Shown: in pieces, positions 27,128 through 38,064 of the stretch
Layout: each line of letters starts with the position of its first letter
Numbering within the stretch: the first letter of the stretch is position 1
Assembly (NCBI GenBank): GCA_002269645.1
Contig: NIVC01001740.1
Coordinates: forward strand, 62,001 to 126,000
Direction of reading: 5' to 3'
Source of the DNA: Macrostomum lignano
Taxonomy: Eukaryota
DNA length: 64,000 nt
Notes under the pieces: model-generated
The model's database searches: none
The model's input: the letters and a program-made list of their open reading frames with translations, nothing else
What the model was told of the DNA's origin: nothing
Made by a program: the position numbers and the translations under genes

Positions 27128-27466
27128 CTACAACTGCGTCACAAACTGTGTCAAAACAGTTCCAACTCTCCTGCTCCGCTGTCGGTGCTGCATCAGCTGC
27201 TGCCGGTCTTCATCGCCTCTGTCAGGGTCGGCCAGAATCATCGGCCCCTGTGTGACGCCAGTTGAGACTGCGCCGCCGGGAACGTCCTGCAGCTCGAAGA
27301 CGGACCCGCCCAGAGTGCGGTAGTCGCGGCCGCGGTCGCGGATCGGTCTTGGATGCCTCGAATGTTCAACTGCGGAGGCTGCGGGCAGGGGCGTCAGCTG
27401 GCAGCCGCGGCGGAGGCAGCTGGGCAGTGCCCGGCAGACTGGCTTCATCAGCGTGGCGAGGTCGTT
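27128..27466 (-). CDS. Class A neuropeptide-type GPCR, exon 3 (helix 8 and C-tail: NDLATLMKPVCRALPSCLRR...TQFVTQL*)
   Basis: Acceptor TTTAG at 27467-27471. A phase-0 join to exon 2 gives NPIVYGFLNDSFR|NDLATL and continues in frame into ORF 27128-27448. Confidence 0.8.
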   Translation of the reverse strand, partial: NDLATLMKPVCRALPSCLRRGCQLTPLPAASAVEHSRHPRPIRDRGRDYRTLGGSVFELQDVPGGAVSTGVTQGPMILADPDRGDEDRQQLMQHRQRSRRVGTVLTQFVTQL

Positions 27467-28270
27467 CTAAACCGTACGGAGGATTAATAACGCAGCAGAT
27501 TGGCTTTCTGATGATGATAATAACAATAAAGCTGCTTGTTGTTCTTCGCACGTCTCAGGGGGGGGGGAGATTTTAATCTTTTCCCAAAAAATAGACAGAA
27601 ACGCGAGGTGCCTATTGGAAAATCGCTCCAAGCAGAGGGGTGATGGCGAACTGTTTACATTCGCTACCATGCGAGCTTATCAGACTGTGCAGATCTGGTC
27701 GCTCCACATGGCTAGGTTGATTAAGAAGCACATTATCAGTGGCTAATATTGATTCGAGAAAAAGTAAGAAGTCTTGCAGTCTTCTTCATAGTTTTGCCTT
27801 AGCCACCGCCTCATCTCGCCCCTCCCCCTCCCCCTGTATCGACTCTAAATTGTAAATAAAATTCTATAAGCTTAATGATAAAGTCACAGAAGGCCTACGA
27901 GCGTAAGTCCCTAACTGGATCTCCTGGGTCAGTGGATATCGCGTCCAAGGTAATAAATGTTGATCTGCGGTCATTCGTTTCTGGCGTACGTCACTAAGTC
28001 CTTCCAATTTAGACGAGAAGCTACGAGTACATTTCTTGGAAATATTTGGGAAATTTTTAAACTAAAATTTTAGTTTTCTGAATTTAATTTATCAATCCCC
28101 CTATGTCCGTAATGTATTTTTCGGTAAAACCTGTCTCTTGAAATTTCCAAGAAACGTATAGTTTATCGTCCTTGTACTTGAGAGGTCCTTGATGAATGCA
28201 CGCCCGACTTTCGGTGTCTAATATAGGGTTTAAAAAAGAACCTCAGCGTCTTTCCTCATCGAACTCTCAC

Positions 28271-28480
28271 CCGAAAAGAGTCGTTCAGGAATCCGTAGAC
28301 GATTGGATTGACGAACGAGTTTGCCATGGCGGTCCAGTGGAATGCGACAAAAATCCTCTCCAGGGTGACGCTGTCCAGCCACGCCTGCACCTGGGTATAG
28401 TCCACTAGCACGTTGAATATGTGCAGCGGCAGCCAGCAGATGGCGAACAGTAGGACCACAATAATCAGCATTTTCACAAC
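28271..28480 (-). CDS. Class A GPCR, exon 2 (TM6-TM7: VVKMLIIVVLLFAICWLPLH...HWTAMANSFVNPIVYGFLNDSFR)
   Basis: CWLP and NPxxY motifs. Acceptor CTAAC..CCTGCCAG upstream and donor GTGAGA at 28270. Confidence 0.93.
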
Positions 28481-28954
28481 CTGGCAGGTGTTAGGTTTAG
28501 GGACAATTTAGTTACTATGGGCGTATGTCGTATATTTGTCATATTCATAAATGAAAATATACAATTTGCGGAGAGCGCATCTGTGACCATCATTTCGTTT
28601 CCTTTCCCAGAGAAAAGCAAAAGAAAAAAGGAAAAAGGAGACTGGGCCTTGGCTGCAGACAGCGATTTTAGAGGGTTTTCCAAAAGTAACGAAAAGTTTT
28701 ATCGTGACTTTTTTAATGGGTAACAGCTGTCTACCTGTCTACTCGTTACCTATAGCTACTCTGTCGGCTCTCTGGTTTTTTTGGTTTATGAGCCTTGAAG
28801 TCTTTTAAGTGAGTCTACCAGTATTTGCAAAATTGTTGGCTTTAAAATGTTGTCTAAAGTCTGCCCCATCCAGGAGTTATCACACCATCCACTCTCATTC
28901 TCATTGCTTATGAAACATCTTTCGTATATTATGTTTACTAGTGTTGGGCACAAT

Positions 28955-29090
28955 TCCGATACTCCGATACTCCGATACTATCGGCGATACCTTTTGGGTA
29001 TCGGAGTATCGGAAGTCGATACTTTTTTGACGGTATCGGACTTCGGTAACTTCCGATACAATTTTCAAATTTTCCCGATAATCCGATAGT
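28955..29090. repeat. Cluster of direct and inverted CCGATACT/AGTATCGG sub-repeats (probable MITE terminus)
   Basis: CCGATACT x3 followed by GTATCGG copies in the opposite orientation. Confidence 0.6.
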
Positions 29091-29414
29091 CCTATACTTT
29101 TAAAATTTTGAGTATGCAAACAATCAAAATTTTGTTAAAATGAATGAAATTGTTGCGTAGTTTTACAGAGAGTAATGATAAATACTTCACTTTTAGGTCA
29201 ATTAAGCTGAAATAATTAATACTTTCGATCTTAAAGTAAGTTTTTAGAACTTTTTAAAATAGCCTGCGCCCATATAATTAGCTTATACTATAGTAATTAG
29301 TAATTATCATTAAAATGATATTATTTAGTCAATTATCATGCTGCAAGTTCTGCAACACTGTCAGTCACTGATTGCCGATCGATTCTACAATTTCTACAAT
29401 AACAATTTCTACAA

Positions 29415-30135
29415 TAGCAAATAGCAAATAGCAAATAGCAAATAGCAAATAGCAAATAGCAGATAGCAAATAGCAAATAGCAAATAGCAAATAGCAAAAT
29501 AGATAGTAGCAAATAGCAAATAGCAAATAGCAAATAGCAAATAGCAAATAGCAGATAGCAAATAGCAAATAGCAAATAGCAAAATAGATAGTAGCAAATA
29601 GCTAGCAAATAGCAAATAGGAAATAGCAAAATAGATAGTAGCAAATAGCAAATAGCAAATAGCAAATAGCAAATAGCAAATAGCAAAATAGATAGTAGCA
29701 AATAGCAAATAGCAAATAGCAAATAGCAAAATAGATAGTAGCAAATAGCAAATGGCAAATAGCAAATAGCAAATAGCAAATGGCAAATAGCAAATAGCAA
29801 ATAGCAAATAGCAAATAGCAAATAGCAAAATAGCAATAGCAAATAGCAAATAGCAAATAGCAAATAGCAAAATAGATAGTAGCAAATAGCAAATAGCAAA
29901 TAGCAAAATAGATAGTAGCAAATAGCAAATAGCAAATAGCAAATAGCAAAATAGATAGTAGCAAATAGCAAATAGCAAATAGCAAATAGCAAAATAGATA
30001 GTAGCAAATAGCAAATAGCAAATAGCAAATGGCAAATAGCAAATAGCAAAATAGATAGTAGCAAATAGCAAATGGCAAATAGCAAATAGCAAATAGCAAA
30101 TAGCAAATAGCAAATAGCAAAATAGCAATAGCAAA
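29415..30135 (+). repeat. 7-bp satellite (AGCAAAT)n with periodic AGCAAAATAGATAGT interruptions, ~100 units
   Basis: Direct reading; lies in GPCR intron 1. Confidence 0.97.
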
Positions 30136-30294
30136 AAACAAGGCTGAGGTTAAGCGTACAGGTGCACCAATTGCAGACTGACAGTCGACCACACTATACT
30201 AAAACAATAACAGTGCTAATAGGAGTAAAGAAGGCTGACTACAGAGGCTAGTAAATAGTTAATGATCGACAACAGTGGCAACTGTTGGTTTTCA

Positions 30295-31330
30295 TTCCGC
30301 AGGCACTCATTTTAGCGCCGCAGGCACTCATTTTGGCGCCGCAGGCACTCATTTTGGCGCCGCATGTATTCCTTTTAGCGCAACAGGCACTCATTTTAGC
30401 GCCCCAGGCACTCATTTTGGCGCCGCAGGCACTCATTTTAGCGCCGCAGGCACTCATTTTGGCGCCACAGGCACTCATTTTAGCGCCGCAGGCACTCATT
30501 TTAGCGCCGCAGGAACTCATTTTGGCGCCGCAGGCACTCATTTTGGCGCCGCAGGTATTCCTTTTAGCGCCACAGGCACTCATTTTGGCGCCGCAGGCAC
30601 TCATTTTGGCGCCGCAGGCACTCATTTTGGCGCCGCAGGCACTCATTTTGGCGCCGCATGTATTCCTTTTAGCGCAACAGGCACTCATTTTAGCGCCGCA
30701 GGCACTCATTTTGGCGCCGCAGGCACTCATTTTGGCGCCGCAGGCACTCATTTTGGCGCCGCATGTATTCCTTTTAGCGCAACAGGCACTCATTTTAGCG
30801 CCGCAGGCACTCATTTTGGCGCCGCAGGCACTCATTTTAGCGCCGCAGGCACTCACTTTGGCGCCGCAGGCACTCATTTGGCGCCGCAGGCACTCATTTT
30901 GGCGCCGCAGCCACTCATTTTTGCGCCGCATGTATTCCTTTTAGCGCCACAGGCACTCATTTTGGCGCCGCATGTATTCCTTTTAGCGCCACAGGCACTC
31001 ATTTTGGCGCCGCAGGCACTCATTTTAGCGCCGAAGGCACTCATTTTGGCGCCGCATGTATTCCTTTTAGCGCCACAGGCACTCATTTTGGCACCGCAGG
31101 CACTCATTATAGCGCCGAAGGCACTCATTTTGGCGCCGCAGGAACTCATTTGGCGCCGCAGGCACTCATTTTGGCGCCGCAGGCACTCATTTGGCGCCGC
31201 AGGCACTCATTTTAGCGCCGAAGGCACTCATTTTGGCGCCGCAGGAACTCATTTGGCGCCGCAGGCACTCATTTTAGCGCCGCAGGCACTCATTTTGGCA
31301 CCGCAGACACTCATTATAGCGCCGAAGGCG
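30295..31330 (+). repeat. 21-bp minisatellite (GGCGCCGCAGGCACTCATTTT)n, ~49 copies, with a variant unit GCATGTATTCCTTTTAGCGC
   Basis: Direct reading. It is followed by a GC-rich MITE-like end ...CCCCCGGTGGCGACGCGCCTG at ~31450-31470. Confidence 0.96.
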
Positions 31331-31734
31331 CTAAATTTTGGGGCCTTGAAGAAAAATTATTGATTACCACGAGTGACAAGGTGGGGTGGGGGTACAAAGC
31401 ATTGGCATGTCCCCCCCCATAGCTTTTACTGGGGGGGATCCCCCCTGTCCCCCCGGTGGCGACGCGCCTGTCCGCATATTTGAAAGACAGCCCAGGCTAT
31501 GCTACTTTTCCTTATCGACTTCTAAATAAAACCAAAGGCGGCTAAAACTTGCTGTGACTCCCGAAATTTTTTTGAGATTCGACTCTATCCGAAGAAATGG
31601 CTTAACCGCCCGTTGGTCACCGTTGGATACTTGATTTCCGTGACCCCCATAAGCGCACAATTCAGTGGCCTTTTTTATTGCGTCTTCTGAAATTTTGCGT
31701 CTTCCAAAATTCGCAACAAAAATTTTATTGCGTC

Positions 31735-32125
31735 TACCAGAATTTTCTCCAAAATTCTCCGCAACCTTTCCATGTGATCCGAACAAGTTCGATAGAGTCG
31801 GACGACGTCATCCATGCAATATAAAGCGTCGCTAAGCACATAAGATCTCACGAAACGACGCTCATTAGACGGCATACTATAGACAAGCCGAATTGACAAC
31901 CTTGCTCCCATTTATGCTGATCCCATGGTTACCACGAAGCTCGTTAGGATCCTTTTCCTTATCATTCAGCGGCATCTGATAGTGCTCTGATTTGGCATCC
32001 AGCGTCGAGAAGTAGCGACCTTGCCTTGCCTGTCAATCAAACTACCCATGGATGCATGTTGTTAGGCAAATACCTCGAATTGAGACCTCGGTATAGTCTA
32101 TGGCAATCCTTGGCCGCCTATGCTT
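31735..32125 (-). pseudogene. Decayed Ty3/Gypsy reverse transcriptase fragment in the GPCR intron
   Basis: Minus-strand motifs in RT order across frameshifts: RIAIDYTEV; RYFSTLDAKSEHYQMPLNDKEKD-LTSFVVTMG; LYCMDDVVRLYRTCSDHMERLRRILEK (ORF 31675-31911). Confidence 0.8.
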
Positions 32126-34206
32126 CTTCCCACACGATCGGATCGGAGCAAATCGGTGCGTACAGTTCATGAATGTCTCAAAACCGCGTGGCTGGAATCA
32201 ATAGTCTTAAAGTTCACAGAAAACTATGGTGCTAAAGTGGACTTCAATTTTTTCTACTGGAACTGTGAGTGAGCCTCTTAATAGGGATTTTACAGTTCTT
32301 TAAGTGGCACTTTTGGTCCTGAAGCAGCCATGCATTGTTCCTAGAAGCTTATCTACTTAATTCCTGGTGAAGATTCACTAGTCCACATGTAGTGCAGATC
32401 TCCGCCTCTATTTCTGAGGCTCATGCTTAGCTGAGACCAGTCTTGTGCACTTTAAGAAAAAAATTCAGGAAACAGCTCTATTTGAGCGATCTGTAGAGCA
32501 CATAGCGGAGTTTTTCAAAAACTTTTTTCTGCAATACCCTAGTATAATGCCGCATTGCATTGCTTCCGGTCTATTTCAAACAGAGTACCTATGCACTTTG
32601 TCTCCAGTCTATTGCAAAATCAACCAGCACCAAAGCTAAGTGCGCATCGATCTATAGCTAATGTTTGGCACAAGCGGCAGATGACTGCAGCGCCAAAGTC
32701 AGTAGTGCTTATCATAAAGAATTATTCGATTCCCTGAAGCACTTTTACACTACACTGTTGATGTAGCAGGCGTCTATTTTGACGTCGTTGAATTGACAAC
32801 CACGATTGATGAAATCCACGCCGCCGGCCGAATCCGGGGCGCCGGCGTCAACCAGTAGGCAGTCGACGAAACGCCGATTTATCCATTTAAACGATGTATC
32901 CATTTAAAATCCGAGTTATGGTTTTAGCTTTTTTCACGTCTTTTCGATTCCTATCTCGATTCCTAGTTTCAAAGTTTCAAAGTGGCCTAACTTGTTATTC
33001 GGTGTTCAACTTTCAACAATTCGGAATATGTGCAGTTAGGCAAAAAATGAAAAACACGAGTGTACAAGTACGAAGGAAATCTCCAAGTCAAACCGGTACG
33101 AGCCTTGTCCCAAACTAACCGTGCACAGATGCTCCCACATTGAGTTCACCCAAACTTGTAGAGTTGATTCAATGCAAATCGAGAAATTTACAGGAAAACT
33201 AAACAGGGCCTCCACTCACTCCCGAATTCGTCACAGAATCCCGGAGACTTTCCGAACATACTAAGGCGCACTTAAGCACTCTATCCACATCTACTAAAGT
33301 TTTGCCTAACTGCTGCTGGCTAGTTTGCCACATGCTTCAGCCAATCAACCTACTCTAGCGTCCCTCCCACCTCAAATAACTTTCGCGTTCTCTAATTCTT
33401 GGGCCTCCTTGAGTAAGCAATGGAGAGGAAAAGCATTTTAGGTAAGCGCTACTAAACTCGTTTACCTATACTCGTGCTTGAGCAATGCTTGATGGTCAAC
33501 ATGTACAATTATGCGCGCCTCTGAACTCACCAATTAAGCTAATGACATCGAAGTCGCATTGTACGTGTGCGAAATTTATTAAGAATTGTAAGGCCTCTTT
33601 TAACTCTGAATATGGGAATCAAAATTGACCATAAGCTGGGGGGCTTTCGTATTTGACAAGCTACAAGTGCAATATTAACCGCATGAACCCGTATAGAGGC
33701 CAAGTTTCAAACGAGCCTATTGTTAATAAGTGCGAAGTTTGTATTCATTAGATGCTGATGATCGACAATGAACTATAATACTTTACTTTATTACCGCAAT
33801 AAAACAGCAAGTTCGTAGCAATTTTCTGCGCAACATTGAGGAAGTCTTGAGGAAGTTAAGAATGCACTTTCGCAGAACTCCGGAGAGTCTGAGCCCAGCA
33901 ACTACAGTGTAATCCCGGAGGCACTTACAAGATTGCTGGTCTGGATCGATGAGCTTAGAGAGCTGTTCGAGTTTACGAAAAAAAAATTACACAAGCTCTT
34001 CCCGAGTCCTGGGGTGTTAAAATTCCAGAAGAACTGCATGGAGATCTGAATGCGATCAGGATCAGGTAGATGGGTCAAGAAACGGAAAGCAGGTAACAAG
34101 TGCTACGGGTGTCTCCAACTGATGAACTGATGAAGCGCGATGCTTCAGAGACCAAGAACTACTAGAACTATAGAAGAAAGGTTGAACGCCTTTTCCAATA
34201 TGAGCA

Positions 34207-34991
34207 CAAGGACTACTCAAGTAAGAAGTAACATATATATAGGACGCTACACTGGAAATCTGTGGTAAATGTTTTGAAGGAAACTTTTTGCATTTTGTGG
34301 TAATGTAGCTCGCTTTAAAATTGGCAAAAGAGCAAACGTCAAAACAAACATTTAATCTATTTAAACTGCCGACGCGTTCGCTCAATATTTTTCGATTTAA
34401 TTTAAATACGAGTATATTCTCGTTTGTGTTTTCGATGGTTCGTTTGCCCTGAAGATGTCCGCTTTGGACGAAACGCGTCGGCAGTTTAAATAGATTAAAT
34501 GTTTGTTTTGACGTTTGCTCTTTTGCTAATTTTCGCATTTTGTCATTAATTTAAACGTTTTTTCAAGTGACAGAACAATTTAACATGAAAAATCGATTAA
34601 TGCGTCGTTAGAGCAGCATGTGAGGCACAAAATAGTGTGATTAGGACTTTCTCTGACACTGTTTAGAGACCCAATCACTGTTTTAGTGTTGAAAATCGTG
34701 AAATTTCCTATCTCCGTATTGTATTCTTCCGGTGAAACCTGCCTTTAAAACTATTTTTGAACAAAAAGCTTTATGAATATCGATAGAGCAATACGCTCGT
34801 AAGAAAGGCACAACATATCAAAAGATGAACACTGGATCTGCCTCCTATCAAAAGCAATAACAATTTTTGTGCTGAAAAAATGAAAACCTCCTATCTCTGT
34901 AGTGTATTTTTAAGCGAAAATTTGCCTTCAAAACATTTACCACAGATTTCGAGTGTTGCGTCCTGTATATGTGTTACTTGAGTAGTCCTTG
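34207..34991. mobile_element. ~785-bp element bounded by ~70-bp imperfect inverted repeats (CAAGGACTACTC...GAGTAGTCCTTG), containing a nested ~55-60-bp inverted repeat and a hammerhead ribozyme
   Basis: 34207-34280 is the reverse complement of 34925-34991. 34317-34378 is the reverse complement of 34472-34533. 34551-34991 recurs at 46672-47105. Confidence 0.8.
34444..34484 (+). ncRNA. Minimal type I hammerhead ribozyme (Penelope-associated type)
   Basis: Stem I TTGCC/GGCAG; core CTGAAGA (34449-55) plus one extra T; stem II GTCC-GCTTT-GGAC; GAA; palindromic stem III ACGCGT; cleavage triplet GTC with the cut after 34479. Confidence 0.8.
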
Positions 34992-36272
34992 GTTCAATTT
35001 TGATCAAAGTCCAGTTCTAAAAAAACTAGCGAAAATTGAATTCAGACAATTCAGACTGCATGCACCCACTTTCAAAGGACAAAAAAGTCTAAATTACATC
35101 GGTACACCGTAGTGACGCTAACAGATTATTGCTGCGCTAGACCGTACCAAACCAAAATCAGATATGGTAGTTCCTCTTTTGACCTATATAAAAACTTGTT
35201 ATCTCTACGTCTAGTTTAATGCAATGCATTGGCTTCTTCGTTGGTTGTTTTTATAATCTAGCGGCCATAAAACATTGTGACTAGCTAGCGCAAAAAAGGT
35301 CAATCAACAAAGTACTAAAGATTTTTTTGTGAAAACTATACAAACAAATATCAAGCAGTTTTGCTTAGCATCTGTGGCAGTCTGACCCATATATCCGTCG
35401 GGAAATGCTCGACCACCGCTTTCGAAGAGCTTGAAGGGCTGGAAGATCAGCCCAAGCAGACTGAGAGACTAACAGACATCAAATTTATGGCGGCTCAAGT
35501 TGTTCTCTGACAGCGAGAGTCAGTCAGGCTGCACGCAATTGTCAAGAGGAATAGCAAGATGCTTCCCATTGAGCCTACAGTCATGCCATTCCAGTTCCAG
35601 CAACTGGGGCAACCTGTAAGCGCTTCACATTCAAAGACCTTTGTCTAAAACGGTCTTGCCCTGCTCAGCGTTCGAAACAGACCGAGCAGGCTAGGCAATT
35701 GAAAGCAAAGAGAGAAACTGATTGAATTCGAGGTCGTCCTATCCTAACCCTTAACCAGCCCCTCTGCACAAGCCTGTGCATTTTTTAACAACAAACAAAT
35801 ACACTGAGGAAAGTTAATCTACTGATATCACAGCAGTGCGAGCTAATGTCTTGATGTTACTACGAGCGTAAAGTAGCAGGTAGCAGGAATGAGCAATTAT
35901 ACCTGAGAAAGTATACATGTACATGAGTACACTTTGAGATATGAGTATACTTGAGAAAGTATGTGCTGGCTGAAGGAGCCACGAAGGCTATGCAGCTTTT
36001 TAGCTTCGCATGACTGCAGGCCAGAGAAGGGGAAGAGAGGAGAGGTGAGGAAAAAAGATTGGAGACGAGACGAGAGAAGGGATGAAATAGGAGAAGACAG
36101 AAGGGAAGTGGAAAGGGAGAGGTGAGAAGTGCGTGAAAGGAGACACAAACCTTGAGTAGGCCGGATTGCTATTGTGAAGTTTCAAAGGACCCAAGGGCTG
36201 GATAAAGAGGCTTTGCGCATCGAATGTGGCCCACGAGCCGGATCGTTTGTTGACCCCTGCCCTATGCCGATA

Positions 36273-36509
36273 TGTTCGACCCCAGCCTCAACCGGTACTC
36301 AGCATGGCCTACATGGGGTAATGGCCTACATGGCCTACATGGGGTAATGGCCTACATGGCCTACATGGGGTACGGACTTGCGCCCCAAAGTACCGTGGGT
36401 TTGATTCTGCATACAACTTTAGTTTGGGAAAATTGGTCTGCAAGACCTACAAAGACCATAAATCATGAATCATACGTCGTTTGAATCATACACTCTTGGC
36501 GACGAGATG
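36273..36509 (+). mobile_element. Possible 5' LTR plus primer-binding site of a decayed Gypsy element
   Basis: TG...CA segment (36273-36492) followed by TGGCGACGAG (36497-36506), which is complementary to the 3' end of tRNA-Ser(GCU), and then an ATG. No recognisable intact gag downstream. Confidence 0.4.
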
Positions 36510-37269
36510 GTCACGGATCGCTACACACAAGACCCTGTGAACTCTACCAACCTGGATCCAACGATCAGGTAGATCGAGAGGGCTGTTAGATCGCTTAGAA
36601 GGTCACCTGAGGTGAGCAGACAATTGACTCCTAGAACGAATGACTGGTACAGTAACTAGAGAGCCTGCTGTAACTTCCGAGGCCACCAGAGTCTAAAAAT
36701 CATCAACCCATTATTCGACACAGTCGACCAAACTGAGACGCCACTACCGAAGGCTGTCAATACTGATCTTAGAGAGACTTCTGAGAGATGGAGGGCGCCC
36801 AGCTGATGACTTCCAAGCCAGCCACTTGACCTACCGCTGTTGCTCTATAGATTTTTTGGGAAGGGATGCACTGACGGTCAGTGCTGTCAAACTTTTGAAC
36901 AGTATAAACAAATTTAGTTCAGTGCAGCCCTACTGTATTCACCTTTTTCTTATCCATCGGGCTAAGAACTTTTAGGCCTTACTTTGCGATGCTTGTCAGT
37001 TTTGCGTCATGAACTGAAAATAGCTTGACTTCCCGTCGTGACATTCTTTATTTTTCTATTTTCCATGCGTCAGGGCCAATTGCCAGCAATTGCGTACTCG
37101 TACTGCAGACAACTGAAGTAGGACGCTACACTCGGTTTTCTTAGAAATGAGCTGAAGACCAGTAAGGAAAGGATATTTGCTGTATCTCATTTAGGATGCT
37201 CAACAGAAAGCATACGAGCGCAGCGCCGAATCGAATCATCGAAAATTGATAAAACTAACAAAAACTTGC

Positions 37270-38064
37270 CTTTCGCTTGGCCCTGACGTGCTGCTGATCC
37301 CTGGCCGAGTCTGCATTGCCTGGCAGCGTTCTGGTCCACAGTTTTCTCCCGATGGCAGCGTAGGTGGCGCAGAGAACGGACACGGGCAGCAGGTAGGTGA
37401 GCACCAGGACAAACACTGAGTAGGCCCTCTGGATGCCGGGGCTGTGCCAATGCTCGCGACACATTTCCACCACCACAACTGACGCTGTCTCATTGTCCGA
37501 GGCAGCTGCCGCGCCGTTGTGAGGGTCATCGGGTCCGCCGCCTCCGGTGGCGTACTTTCCACTGACGCGCAGCTGCACCGAGGACAACAGCAGCGACGCC
37601 GTCCACAGAGCGACAATCACTGCTCGAGACCGATTGAAGGTCAGCCGCTGGCTCAGAGGAAACGTCACCACCCAGAAACGATCGAAGCCAATAGCCATGT
37701 TGGTCAGCACAGAAGACGTCACGGCCACCAGCTGGCAGTAAGACACCAGCTTGCACAGAATGTCAGGCAGAGGCCAGCGGCGGTAGAGCACGTTCACGAG
37801 AGTGAAGGGCAGACAGAAGCAGCCGATTAGAAGGTCAGCAACGGCCAGGCTGAGCAGAAAGCCGCGCAGATCTGTCCGGCACTGGCGGCCGCGCGTCACA
37901 ACCACAATGACTGTCAAGTTGCCGACGGTGCTGAGCAGCACTGCGGCTGAGTAGCCGGCGATGAGCAGAGCCTCCTCCGGTGCTGAACGGGTGGGGGCTG
38001 AATAAACCTCCGAATTTGCTCCAGCAGACGTTGCAGTCGCCAGTGAAGGCGCAGGGCTGCTCAT
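37270..38064 (-). CDS. Class A neuropeptide-type GPCR, exon 1 (N-terminus to ICL3); full protein ~447 aa; tachykinin/RYamide-luqin/GPR83-like neighbourhood
   Basis: TM1 GNLTV, TM2 LAVADL, WPLPDILCKL, TM3 AIGFDRF, TM5 YLLP, ending HVRAKRK. It splices to VVKML through an AAG|GCAAGT donor. Subfamily assignment is tentative. Confidence 0.92.

Noticed and set aside
37150-37185. CTGAAGA..GGAAA as a second hammerhead
   Set aside because: Stem II is at most 1-2 bp and there is no stem III or cleavage triplet.
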